From: Octopus sinensis
Taxonomy: Eukaryota
Length of the DNA: 64,000 nt
Assembly (NCBI RefSeq): GCF_006345805.1
Contig: NC_043002.1
Coordinates: 61,938,001 to 62,002,000 of the forward strand
Direction of reading: 5' to 3'
This document shows, piece by piece, positions 40,247-52,445 of the stretch. The stretch's first letter is position 1, and the number at the start of each line of letters is the position of its first letter. The notes beneath the pieces are model-generated. The model was not told the origin of the DNA. It saw nothing but the letters and a program-made list of their open reading frames with translations, and did not search any database. The translations under genes were made by a program, and so were the position numbers.

Positions 40247-41390
40247 CAATAATAGTTCCCTTTTAGGTTACTTTAGTTTAGTTTAAATTAGTTTAGATAA
40301 TATATTTTTGGTTATGTTGTCTAGGCTTTAATTATAGTTAGTCTTTATTTATATTTCTTTGTTTTAATTAGTTCATTTTTAATGTATATATTTTGGAGGA
40401 TATATTTATATGTTATGGGTGTTATTAGTGGTGTTTTTATTGAGTTTGTATGTATGTGTGAATGTTTAAGATCCCTTTGTTTTTGTTTTTTATTTGGTAT
40501 GTTGAATTGACAGATTTTATTGGGTATTGTCTGTTATAATAAAGTACACACACCCATAACAAATATAAGTGCCCACTTAATTCGATATACCTGGAATTGC
40601 ATGTGAGCCTCGGCATATACACCTAAAGCCACTCCCGCCCCACATGGATAAATAAACACATACATCCCCAAAAATGGGCGTAATCCCATTCACACCAATT
40701 ATATGTATACAATTATACACACTAGAATAATACATAACTAACCCAAATATATAGAACATACTACAAATCACCAACTAACCACTATCACAAATGAAACCCA
40801 CACCCATACAATGACAAAATTCCCCCCTCCATACCCAATTTACACCCACATAGTAATCCCAATATATTCATCCATATATGGACGCAAGTGCGTGAAGCAC
40901 ATGCACACAATTAATACGTACAACCCCCTAATACACACTTATATACATACGTATTAAGCTCGACATCCACAGTGATAAGATTACACCCACTCACACCCAG
41001 ATGGGTGAATTGCACAACCAGGGAACGCACACACACACGTGTGCGTTTTTTGATTGTGCAATTCGCCCATATGCATGTATGCGGGCGCGATTACATTGTT
41101 GCATATATCGAGCCCAAATAGCATGCATATGTACATGTGAGGGGTACACGCAAATGACGTGCGCGTGTACCCCCTGCATTTATACCCGTGCGTGAATATA
41201 CACATGGAGACTACCACACAGGTATAAATGTGTATAGTAATGGGAGCCCCATCACTACACTCAATGTATACTCTCACCCATCCGCACGGATGTGTAAGTG
41301 TATCTCCGGTGCATATGTTGAGGCTTATATGTAGTGTTGTGGAGGCGAATGTCGTTGAAATTGTGAATGAATGGGTGGAGTTGGGAATTG

Positions 41391-44300
41391 TAACCGGGTG
41401 GTGGACTAGCGTTGCTAGGAATTGGGAATTGATTAGTGTGGTAGTGAGGTAGGCATCGGGAATAGGTTTGGGTTGCTGTAGGTTGTTTGTTAGAGCTGCT
41501 AGTGTGAGCTAAAGCTCATAAATGTATATAATGATTTTTCATGGTAGTTTTTTAAAGAATCCATTCATTATAAATTTTTTTTAAGTAGTGTTGGTTTGCT
41601 ACGTGGATATAGTTTTTAGTTCCATTTATTCTATTTCTCCATTCATAATTTAAATGACGTTTAATTTCTATGGCGCGTATTCTCTCTTTTTTTACATAAG
41701 TTATTTCTATGGTAACGTAATTTTGGTTTGGTTTTTTTAACGGCTAAGAATTTAATTTCACTTCATTATTTGAAATTGACTTGTAGTATGTATTTTATTT
41801 ATCCTTATGTCATATTGTTATTTTGATATTCTGGTTAATTACGATGTATTTAATGTTGTTTTCATAGGAGTGTTTATGTATATGAGATTGTGTGTGAGTT
41901 TTTTTATTTATCTGTATGAGTGTGGGTGTGTAACTATTGTTGTATATATCGAGTTTAGTGAGTATGTATATGAGTATATGTGAGGGAGTATATGTATCTG
42001 TTGTGTGTGTTTTTTGTGTGTGTGTGTGTTTGTGTGTGAATGTGTATATGGGTTTGTTATTTAGGTTTTGGGATGTATGTGTTAATTTGTCTGTGTGGGA
42101 GGGAGTGGGTTTTGGTGTATATTGAGGTTTATAAATTAGGATAGGTATGTGTATAAGTCGTGGGTCTGTGGTTTACGAGTGTGTATTTGTGTGTGAATGT
42201 TTAGGTTTAGGGGGATTACTATATAGGTTTGTTATAGAGTTTAGCAAAGGGAGATTTTATCGTTATATGTTTTTATGAGTTTTGGTTTATCATGGTTATT
42301 TTAGGGAATTCGTGGTAATTTGTCTATTTTCGGTGTTGGTTGTTTTATTACATTGTTTTATTCATAATTTTTGAGTGGTGTTCGTTTTGCCACGTGTATA
42401 ACCGGGTGGTGGACTAGCGTTGCTTGGAATTGTGAATGGAATAGTGTAGTAGTGAGGTAGGCATAGAGAATGGGTTTGGGTTACTGCAAGTTGTTTGTTA
42501 GAGCTGCTAAGGTGAGCTAAAGCTCATAGATGTATATAATGATTTTTCATGGTAGTTTTTTAAAGAATCCATTCATATAAATTTTTTTAAGTAGTGTGGT
42601 TTGCCACGTGGATATAGTTTTTTTAGTTCCATTTTTCTATTTCTCCATTCATAATTTAAATGACGTTTACTTTCCATGGCGCGTATTCTTTTTTTACATA
42701 AGTTATTTCTATGGTAACGTAATTTTGGTTTGATTTTTTTAACGCTAAGAATTTAATTTCACTTCATAATTTGACACTGAATTGTAAGTATGTATTTTAT
42801 TTATCCTTATGTCATATTGTTTTTTTTTGATATTCTGGTTATTACGATGTATTTAATGTTTTTCATAGGTGTGTTTATGTGTATTGAGATTGTGTGTGTA
42901 TAATCGTGTCTGTGGTTTACGAGTGTGTATTTGTGTGTGAATGTTTAGGTTAGGGAGATTGCTATATAGGTTTGTTATAGAGTTTAGCAAAGGGAGATTT
43001 ATCGTTATATGTTTTTAGGAGTTTTGGTTTATCATGGTTTTTTTAGGGAATTCGTGGTAATTTGTCTATTTTCGATGTTGGTTGTTTTATTACATTGTTT
43101 CATTCTTAATTTTTGAGTGGTGTTCGTTTTGCCACGTGAATAACCGGAGGTGGACTAGCGTGTTTGGAATTGTGAATGGAATAGTGTAGTAGTGAGGTAG
43201 GCATAGAGAATGGGTTTGGGTTACTGCAAGTTGTTTGTTAGTCTTTTTTTACATAAGTTATTTCTATGGTAACGTAATTTTGGTTTGATTTTTTTAATGG
43301 CTAAGAATTTAACTTCACTTCATAATTTGACACTGAATTGTAAGTATGTATTTTATTTACCTTTATATGTCATATTGTTATTTTTGATATTCTGGTTAAT
43401 TACGATGTATTTAATGTTGTTTTCATAGGAGTGTTTATGTATATGATTGTGTGCGAGTTTTTAGTTGTATAATTTATTTATCTGTATGAGTGTGGGTGTG
43501 TAAATATTGTTGTATATATCGAGTTTAGTGAGTATGTATATGCGTATATGTGAGGGAGTATATGTATCTGTTGGTGTGTGTGTTTTTTGCGTGTGTGTGT
43601 GTTTGTGTGTGAATGTGTATATGGGTTTGTTATTTAGGTTTTGGGATGTATGAGTTAATTTGTCTGTGTGGGAGGGAGTGGGTTTTGGTGTATATGGAGG
43701 TTTTAAAGTTAGTTTAGGTATGTGTATAAGTCGTGGGTCTGTGGTTTACGTGTGTGTTTGTGTGTGAATGTTTAGGTTAGGGGGATTACTATATAGGTTT
43801 GTTATAGAGTTTAGCAAAGGGAGATTTATCGTTATATGTTTTTTAAGAGTTTTGGTTTATCATGGTTTTTTTTTTAGGGAATTCGTAGTAATTTGTCTAT
43901 TTTCGATGTTGGTTGTTTTATTATATTGTTTCATTCATAATTTTTGAGTGGTGTTCGTTTTGCCACGTGAATTTTATTTTTAATCCCATTTATTCCATTT
44001 CTCCATTCATTAATTTAGAGATGTTCGTTTCCAGAGGGGTTATACTTTTTATACATATTTTAAGTTCCTTGGTAAAGTAATTTTGTTGGTGTATATGTTG
44101 AGGCTTATATGTACTTGTGGGTGTGTGTGAGTGGGGTGGGAGTTTGTATTTGTTATGGGTGTGTGGTTTACGTGTGGTTTTTTGTGTGAATGTATAGGTT
44201 AAGGAATTGCTATATAAGTATGTTTTAGTGTTTAGTAAAGGGAGGTTTTAATCATTTCTGTTTTGTGAGTTTTAGCTTATCATGGTATTTTATAAAAGAA

Positions 44301-44760
44301 TCCATTCATAATTTTTGTGTTTATTTGTCTGTGTGGGGTTGAGTGGGTTTTTGGAGTATATGTTGAGGTTTATATGTATGTATTGGTATGTGTAAGTGGT
44401 GTGGGTATTTGTATATGTCGTGGTGGTGTGGTTTACGTGTGTGTATTTGTGTGTGAATGTTTAGGTTAGGGGGATTGCTATATAGGTTTGTTATAGAGTT
44501 TAGTAAAGGAGATTTTATCATTATATGTTTTTATGAGTTTTGGTTTATCATGGTAGGTTGATAAAGAATTCGTAGTAATTTGTGTCTATTTGCGAGTCTG
44601 TTGTTTTATTGCATTGTTTCATTCATAATTTTTAAGTAGTGTTCGTTTTACCAAGTGAATATAATTTTTCATTCCCTTTATTCCCTTTCTCCGTTCATAG
44701 TTTTGAGTGATGTCCGTTTTCTAGAGCGTGAATGTGGGTTGTATGTGTGTGTGTGTGGGA
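41391..44760 (+). repeat. Tandem array of ~0.75-1.0-kb G/T-rich units
   Basis: Unit start TAACCGG(G/A)(T/G)GGTGGACTAGCGT at 41391, 42399 and 43141, with internal deletions. A more diverged partial unit spans ~43970-44760. Confidence 0.9.
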
Positions 44761-45177
44761 GTATGAATAAGTATTGTGTTGAAGTATTTAGCTATTTTAT
44801 TTATTTATAGTTGCCTAGACATTTTTATGTGTATGTATAGGGATATATATATAGGTGTGTGATTTAGTGTATGTAGTTAGATATGGTTATATATAATTAG
44901 GTATATGTGTATGGGTGTATATATAGTTTTTATTATTATATTATTATTATTTTTTTTTTTTGTTTTTGTTTTATTTTATATTTTATATTTTATATTTTTA
45001 TTTTATTTTTATATTTAATTGTTGATAGGTTTTTTTAGTTTATATATTGTTTATATATTGATTATATATGGATAGATAGGTTATATATGGATTATATACT
45101 TATATTTTTTCATTCATACTTTAATTATTTTAAAATTATTTTTTGATATTTAAAATATTGATTTTTTAGATTGGAGT

Positions 45178-45220
45178 CCACCTGAAGATTGTCGATCAAG
45201 ACAAGAAACGATTGTAGTGG
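45178..45220 (+). ncRNA. Minimal type I hammerhead ribozyme motif (canonical core)
   Basis: CCAC-CTGAAGA-TTGTC(gatcaa)GACAA-GAAAC-GATT-GTA/GTGG: helix I CCAC/GTGG, 5-bp helix II, very short near-palindromic helix III, GUA cleavage triplet. Confidence 0.85.
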
Positions 45221-45482
45221 CGGTTTTTTTGACTATTTATTAAATTTTATGTATTGATTAGTCTTTCCTTGTTTGTTTTGCAAAATAGTGGTTTTGTCTC
45301 TAATAATATTTATATAATTTACTATAAAATCGATTTAATCCTAAATCTGATTTTTTCCCTGTAAATTTGGATTAATTCCCTAATATTTATTATATATATT
45401 ATCTATATATATACATATTTATGCATATATGTATATGTATATAAGTATATGTATATATACATATATATATATGTATATACAT

Positions 45483-45560
<78 letters not shown>

Positions 45561-45562
45561 AT

Positions 45563-45597
<35 letters not shown>

Positions 45598-45635
45598 TAT
45601 ATAATTATATATATATATATATATATATATACATA

Positions 45636-45850
45636 GGTGGAGAGTGACTGTGTGGTAAGTAGCATGCTTACCAACCACATAGTTCTGAGTTCATTCCCAC
45701 TGCGTGGCACCTTTTGCTAACTTACGGTTCGGCAAAAAGAGGCGATAGAATAAGTACTAGGCTTCCAAAGAATGAGTCCTGGGGCTGATTTGCTCGGCTA
45801 AAGGCGTTGCTCTAGCATGGACGCAGTCAACTGACTGAAACAAGTAAAAA
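45636..45850 (+). mobile_element. SINE family C (internally deleted)
   Basis: GTGACTGTGTGGTAAGTAGCATGCTTACCAACCACATAGTTCTGAGTTCATTCCCACTGCGTGGCACC head. Confidence 0.8.
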
Positions 45851-46039
45851 AGTGAAAGATATATACATATAAACGTATGTACATATATATATATATAAAT
45901 GCATACACGCAACTTCACATATGTTATAGCCATTAAATCATCATTCAATGCTGATGGTACTTAATATTGAATTTTTTTCGTTTACAAAAAGATACCTGAA
46001 AATTTTCCGACTGGTGTTGATCGTGGTTTTGATTTCGCC

Positions 46040-47381
46040 TCAAGGCGTTAAGAATCGAAGTCTAGACGGTCGAAGAAGTGTTGGAGGGCTAAGAGACCGT
46101 CGTTGTGGGGAATTACCGTATACAGGGATTTTATGTCTAAGGTGAAGAGGAGGTGCGAGGGGCTGGAAGGGAAGGAAAAGGAATTGAAGAGACGGAGGGC
46201 GTGGTTGGTGTCATGTATGTGGGATGGGAGGGCTGTAACTAAGGCGGACAGGATGTGGTCGAGGTATAGGGAAAGGTTTTCAGTGGGGCAATTACAGGCG
46301 GAAACGATGGGGCGGCCAGGGTTATTGGGTTTATGAATTTTGGGAAGGAAATAGATGGTGGAGGTGCGGGGTGTTCGGACGATGAGGTTGGTGGCGTTGG
46401 GGGGGAGAGCAGAGGAGGAGATGAGGTCGTGGATGGTGGAGGACACTCGCTGTTGGTAGGAAGAGGTGGGATCGGAGGGGAGGAGGCGATAGAAGAGGGG
46501 ATTTTGAAGCTGGCTGAGCGCTTCCTCCCTGTATAGATCTGCGCGCCACACCACCACTGGTCCACCTTTGTCCACTGGTTTGATGAAAATGTCATTGCGG
46601 CGACGGAGGTGGCGAAGGGCAATCAATGCTGTCCGAGTGAGGTTGTCTCGGAGAGGTCTTCTTTTTTAAAGTTAAACTGGTTGACCAACGCGTTGTAGTC
46701 GTTCACGAACAAATCTTGGCTACTGAATTGGCTTGGGGGCGGCGTCCAGTTGGATGAGCGGCGCTCCAGCTCCAAAAAGCAATCCTGTTTGTCGTGATGC
46801 TGCGGGGACGCGTGGGAGAATGCGCAAAGTTTGAGGCGGCGCAGGAACTGGTTGACGTCGGTCCGAGTCTCGAATTCGTCACAGTGGGGCGTGAGGGGAG
46901 TCCCTTACTGAGGAGAGAGCGCTCGGCGGCGGAGAGGGGGAGATTGGGGGGTATAGTGACAACAGGGCGAGGAAGCGGGGTGGTGGGATGAGTGGGGTCA
47001 GGAAGAGGGGGTGCGGAGCTGTGGGGAGGAGAGTTGGGTTGGTTGGGTGAAGATGGGGTAGGCGTAGGAAGGTCAGGGTGGGGTGTGTGTGGGTCTGTGG
47101 AGGTGAAGGGGGCGGGGTGGTAGGTGAGGGATAGGAGGGAGTCGGGGGAGCTGGAGGAGAGGATGTAGGGGATGGGGAGGGGAAGGAGGTGAAGGGTTGA
47201 GGAGGTGGTGGAGTTTTTTGTTTTTTGTGTGTGTGAGGAAATTGTGAAGTTGGTGGTTGAGATTAAGAATGAAGCGGAGAATAGGTTGGGGGAAGAGTGG
47301 AGGACACAGGGAGGAGAGAAGGAGGTAAGCCTGGAGAAGTTGGTGGTCAAGGGAGTGAAGGAGAGAGCGGGTGGAACACAC
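46040..47381 (-). mobile_element. Penelope-like ORF N-terminal half to RT motif A (C-rich family), frameshifted
   Basis: KNKKLHHL, NLPLSAAERSLLSKGL, IFIKPVDKGGPVVVW, IYFLPKIHKPNNPGRPIVSAC, LFTLDIKSLYTVIPH. Confidence 0.93.
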
Positions 47382-48310
47382 CTTCCCCGAAAATACTACC
47401 TTACATATCTACATACAACCCCAGAAACAAAGAAGCCTTCACCATCATAACCCAGAATTTTCCAATACTTCACAAGGACCCCAAATTAAAGGAAATTTTA
47501 AACATACACCAAATCATTAAAAGCTACAAACAACCTAAATCACTTAAAAAGATTCTCACAAAGGCAAAATTGTTCTCTGAAATTACGGATGCAAAAGTAC
47601 AAAAATGTGGTAGATCGAACTGTGCAACATGTCGAAACCTGCTAGAAGGATCAGAATTCCTCTTTAAAGAGGGACAGAAATTCAAGATCAAATCTAACTT
47701 TACTTGTGCCTCTGAAAACATAATTTATGTCATAAAATGCTCGGGCTGCCACCAAGACTACGTGGGATCCACGGGACTATGACTCAGACGCAGATGCACA
47801 CTGCATCAACAACAGATTGCATTCCCAGAATACAGAATGATACCTTTTAGTGAGCACATTGAGAAATGCGCAAAGCAACTACTACCACAATTTTTTAATC
47901 TTTCCATTACCATGTGCTATCGGATCATTACACAAATTAGACTAAACAAGGAAACATTCTTCATTGAAAAGTACAAGCCCAGACTTAACCATGCCAACAT
48001 ACTGATACAGAGAAATTCCCACCAAGGGAAAAGAAAAAAATTTTAAGTGATTATCTCCCTTACACCGGAAGAAATCACTCATTACCTCCCCTTATTTAGA
48101 ACTCTTTTAAACATAAACATAACGATAACTCTATTCAACATAAACATAACGTCGCAAGAAATTTGAAAAGCTAAACACGAAACCGGTCTTTCTTCTAAAT
48201 TATGTCATTGTAAGGAAAAAAAATTTTAATATTCTTCAGACATATTGACGCAAATATATATATTTTTTTAACCTTTAAGCCTTCTGTAGTTTTTTCACTT
48301 TTTACTATTT
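47382..48310 (+). mobile_element. Penelope-like 3' half (thumb + GIY-YIG endonuclease + 3' UTR, A-rich family)
   Basis: LPYISTYNP, CGRSNCATC, NFTCASENIIYVIKCSGCHQDYVGST, stop near 48046, hammerhead-like motif, then (TA)n. Confidence 0.9.
48156..48194 (+). ncRNA. Hammerhead-like motif with U3-A8 core (UUGAAAA)
   Basis: AAGAAA-t-TTGAAAA-GCTAAACAC-GAAAC-CG-GTC/TTTCTT: palindromic helix III (ACCGGT), GUC triplet, 6-bp helix I with one bulge. Helix II is weak. Confidence 0.55.
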
Positions 48311-48330
48311 TCTATATATATATATATATA

Positions 48331-49130
48331 TATTATTATACAAGCGCATAGACACAAATGGTCATGTAAATATGTACATGCTTATTTACATATATGGAGG
48401 CGATTTGGCAGAATCGTTACCACGCCGGACGAATATCTTAGCTGTATTTCATCTGCCGTTACGTTCTGACTTCAAATTACACCGAGGTCAATTTTGCCTT
48501 TCATCCTGTCGGGGGGTCGATTAAATAAGTACCAGTTAAGCACTGCGGTCGATATAATCGACTTAATCCTTTGTCTGTGCTTGTTTGTCCCCTGTGAGCA
48601 ATAAGAAAAATATATATGTGTTGTCTGTCTGTGTGTGAATTAGTATACTTACATATATATCTATAACAATAAGTATGTATATTATTTCATATATTATACA
48701 TACTTGTCTACCTATGTACATATATATATATATATATATTATACAAGCGCATAGACACAAATGGTCATGTAAATATGTACATGCTTATTTACATATATGG
48801 AGGCGATTTGGCAGAATCGTTACCACGCCGGACGAATATCTTAGCTGTATTTCATCTGCCGTTACGTTCTGACTTCAATTACAACCGAGGTCAATTTTGC
48901 CTTTCATCCTGTCGGGGGGTCGATAAATAAGTACCAGTTACGCACTGCGGTCGATATAATCGACTTAATTCCTTTGTCTGTGCTTGTTTGTCCCCTGTGA
49001 GCAATAAGAAAAATATATATGTGTGTCTGTCTGTGTGTGAATTAGTATACGTACATATATATCTATATACAATAAGTATGTATATATATTCATATATTAT
49101 ACATACTTGTCTACTATGTACATATATATA
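48331..49130 (+). repeat. Near-identical ~405-bp tandem duplication containing a family A SINE
   Basis: TTATACAAGCGCATAGACACAAATGGTC at ~48335 and ~48740. The copies differ mainly by 1-nt indels. Confidence 0.9.
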
Positions 49131-49155
49131 TATATATATTATATATATATATATC

Positions 49156-49186
<31 letters not shown>

Positions 49187-49318
49187 TAAACATATATATA
49201 TCAATATAATATATATTACAAAGGCAGACACATAGATAGGTAGATAGTGTATATGACGTGTGTATTTTGGCACATGTATTTGTTTTCCTTTTCTGTGTAT
49301 GTGAACACATTCAAATAC

Positions 49319-49368
49319 CGTTATACAAGATTGCACTGATAAACACCGGATAAGTGCGGGAAGATATT
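49319..49368 (-). CDS. Candidate microexon (ISSRTYPVFISAILYN), phase 2 to 1
   Basis: T-rich tract plus TTTAG acceptor, G/GTATTT donor, in frame with 52848-52901. Confidence 0.45.
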
Positions 49369-50292
49369 CTAAATTTGAAAAAACAAAACAAAACAAAAAA
49401 AACATATTATGAAAAGAAATATCTATCACCTTCATATATTTTCACATTTACCTTATGATATTAGCTAAATATAGAATCGTGAAATATCTGACACCTTTCT
49501 ATATGCATTCATTGAAAAATTCGTTTGCAGCTTACTGGAAATATAGGCGAACAGTTTACTTCTCTCTGTGTTTCGTTTAATATTATGCAATTAAAATATT
49601 ACACATTGATTAACGCGACATTGGATATTTATAAGCACAGGCTATCAATATAAGAGCTATTATGAAGAAATCAATGGAAAACTGCCAGGAAAGTTTTATG
49701 TTCTGTTATATATAAATATATACATACACATAAAAAAATACACACGCTTCCAGTTCAAACACACATACACACACACCACACACACACATATATATATATA
49801 TATTAATATATATATATATATATACATGTAGATGTAGGTACGTACATATATGTATGTATATATGCATATGCTTTATTTATTAATTTGTAATTATATGACG
49901 GAACGCGCGCATCCATTTCTAAGTAAGTTTGTTCTTAATATATATATATATATATATATATATACGTGTGTGTGATTTCTACGTATGTGCATGTGTGTGT
50001 GTGTACGTGTACGTCTATATTTTCATTTACATACGCTAGATAACATTACATAAGCATCTCTAAAATATTCCTAAGATAGGGAAATATTAGGCAGATAAAC
50101 CCAAGAAGATCTAACGTTAAAGGTTTCCCTGATATAATCACGTTATCACACGGACGTTATTGCTCAATTGACACTTAAGCTGGAATTTTAATATTCTGTT
50201 AGAAGCGAATATTTCATACATACATACATAAATACATACATATACATATACATATATATATGAATATATATATACATACACATACACACACA

Positions 50293-50336
<44 letters not shown>

Positions 50337-50338
50337 GT

Positions 50339-50638
50339 GGAGGCGCAATGGCCGAGTGGTTAGGGCAGCGGACTCGCTGTCGTAGGATCGCGGTTTCGAT
50401 TCCCAGACCAGGCATTGTGAGTGTTTATTGAGCGAAAACACCTAAAGCTCCACGAGGCTCCGGCAGGAATAGGTGGCGATCCCTGCTGTACTCTTTCGCC
50501 ACAACTTTCTCTCACTATTTCTTCTGTCGGCTTGCTCGTTTAGCCAGCGGGGTGGCGTCATTTGAAGGCTAAAACAATGCAAAGCGCATTGTGACCAGCG
50601 TTGCGTAGCAACATCTGATAGCCTGGTCGGTCACGGTG

Positions 50639-50640
<2 letters not shown>
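50339..50640 (+). mobile_element. SINE family B, full length
   Basis: GGAGGCGCAATGGCCGAGTGGTTAGGGCAGCGGACTCG...GGTTTCGATTCCCAGACC tRNA-like head and family body. Confidence 0.9.
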
Positions 50641-50671
<31 letters not shown>

Positions 50672-50768
50672 ATATATATGTGCGTGTGTGTGTGTGTGTG
50701 TGTATGTATATGTGTATGTATATATGTATGTATGTATCTGTATATATATATACATATATATATATATA

Positions 50769-50829
<61 letters not shown>

Positions 50830-50833
<4 letters not shown>

Positions 50834-51560
50834 CATATTAGAAGGAAACCAGTATGTGGACACCCTTATGCTAGAAATAGATCCGCTATCTTCTTACCAC
50901 TAAGAATGCTCTCAAGAAAAAATTAGCCAAACAACCTGAAACCTCAGTTATTTTTATATGCTAGACCTCTGGTGTAAAATCGATGTTTAATTAAATTAAT
51001 ATCGAATTTCTAATCTTCAATTTAAATTTAAATTGAAATTGAAATTAATACGTTTTATAACCGGCAAAGGCCAATGCAGTAAAGCTTTTTCTGCAGCATC
51101 ATTTTCCCGGTAATTTAGCGCGCCAAAACGAGGACATTTGAAATAGTAACCACGGGTGTAATGGGTAGAGCTGTTTACAAGTGTGACTTTGTGCGGACGT
51201 TCTAGTATGCAGTCCTGCAAATTATATTCATTTGAACGGTCACACTGACGATCTACGGACATTTACGTAAGTAAAATTACGTAATATGTTAATAGTGAAA
51301 GATGTATGTGAATAATCCATATTTTTATTGCTTTTTCTTTTGTCTTGCTCGATTACGTTTTGGTTGTTTTGCTAAATTTTTCTTGAGAACATTTCTTAGT
51401 GGTAAGACCATAGTGGATCTATTTCTAGCATAAGGGTGTCGACAGAATGGTTTCACTCTAATATGTATATAATACAATTTTACTGAACCTTCAGTTTTAT
51501 CATATGCTAGAGCACTGGTGTGAAATCAATGTTAAATTAATATCTAATTTCACACCCTCA
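50830..51560. mobile_element. (TA)n-flanked element with long internal inverted arms (relative of 28680-29165)
   Basis: GAAACCAGTATGTGGACACCCTTATGCTAGAAATAGATCCGCTAT...CTTACCACTAAGAA...TCTCAAGAAAA (~50845-50920) recurs inverted at ~51370-51460. Confidence 0.75.
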
Positions 51561-52186
51561 TTTTAAATTTAAATTTATATGTAAATATATATATATATAT
51601 GTATCATTATATTTGTGAACGAAGTTTTAAAAAATGTAGTAGTTATGTTAAGTAACAATTATGATAATCGATAACTGCATTTACATTTATGTCCTTTGTG
51701 TGGGGTGGGAATATATAATTAAACGATTATTGACTGAACTACTAGCCAGATATTCATAAACGTGGTATTTATCTTACACAGGTGAGCGTGGTGTTTATCA
51801 TATCCACCCATTCCATAACAGCAAAACATACTTTTATATTTATATATGCAGGAATTATAAATGGTTGATTGCAGTGAGTGTCTGTATGTATAAATTTACT
51901 AATTCTTTTCCTGACATTTGACCAACGTGTTTCGAATCACTGACTGGATGATAAAAGAGTTTATCATATTATTTGACATGCACAACAAAGAACCAATAAT
52001 TTAGGAAGCAAACTTATCATGTACAGCAAAATAAAGTATACATGTGCGTTGTTAAGGTGTTTGCTTCGTAACTACGCGTTGTGGGGTTCAGTACCGTTGT
52101 GCTGCACGTTGAGGAACCGTTTGAGTAAATTTGGGAGATAAAAACTGCATGGAAGCCTCTGATATATATATAATATATATATATAT

Positions 52187-52226
<40 letters not shown>

Positions 52227-52315
52227 ATATTATTCGAGACAAAACCACTATTTTGCAAAACAAACAAGAAAGACTTAATCATACATAAAATTTAATAAAT
52301 AGTCAAAAAAAACCG

Positions 52316-52358
52316 CCACTACAATCGTTTCTTGTCTTGATCGACAATCTTCAGGTGG
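52316..52358 (-). ncRNA. Minimal type I hammerhead motif (canonical), minus arm
   Basis: Reverse complement is identical to 45178-45220. Confidence 0.85.
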
Positions 52359-52402
52359 ACTTCCATAATTCAGTGTCAAATTATGACTGAATTATTAGAA
52401 GT

Positions 52403-52445
52403 CCACCTGAAGATTGTCGATCAAGACAAGAAACGATTGTAGTGG
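52403..52445 (+). ncRNA. Minimal type I hammerhead motif (canonical), plus arm
   Basis: Identical to 45178-45220. Confidence 0.85.

Larger units (their letters stand above)
38003..45395 (+). mobile_element. Penelope-like retroelement unit: 5'-truncated RT/GIY-YIG ORF, ~5-kb non-coding 3' extension, hammerhead-bearing terminus, between (TA)n tracts
   Basis: ORF motifs (next feature), continuous T/G-rich plus strand to 45170, terminal 220 bp near-identical to 52398-52615, (TA)n on both sides. That the extension belongs to the element is inferred. Confidence 0.75.

Noticed and set aside
41391-44760. Regularly recurring motifs suggestive of a CRISPR-like or spacer array
   Set aside because: The units are kb-scale duplications with homologous interiors, not short repeats with unique spacers.
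51017-51262. 81-aa non-repetitive ORF as a host exon
   Set aside because: Lies in the spacer of an inverted-arm repeat, has no good donor, and does not fit the phase chain.
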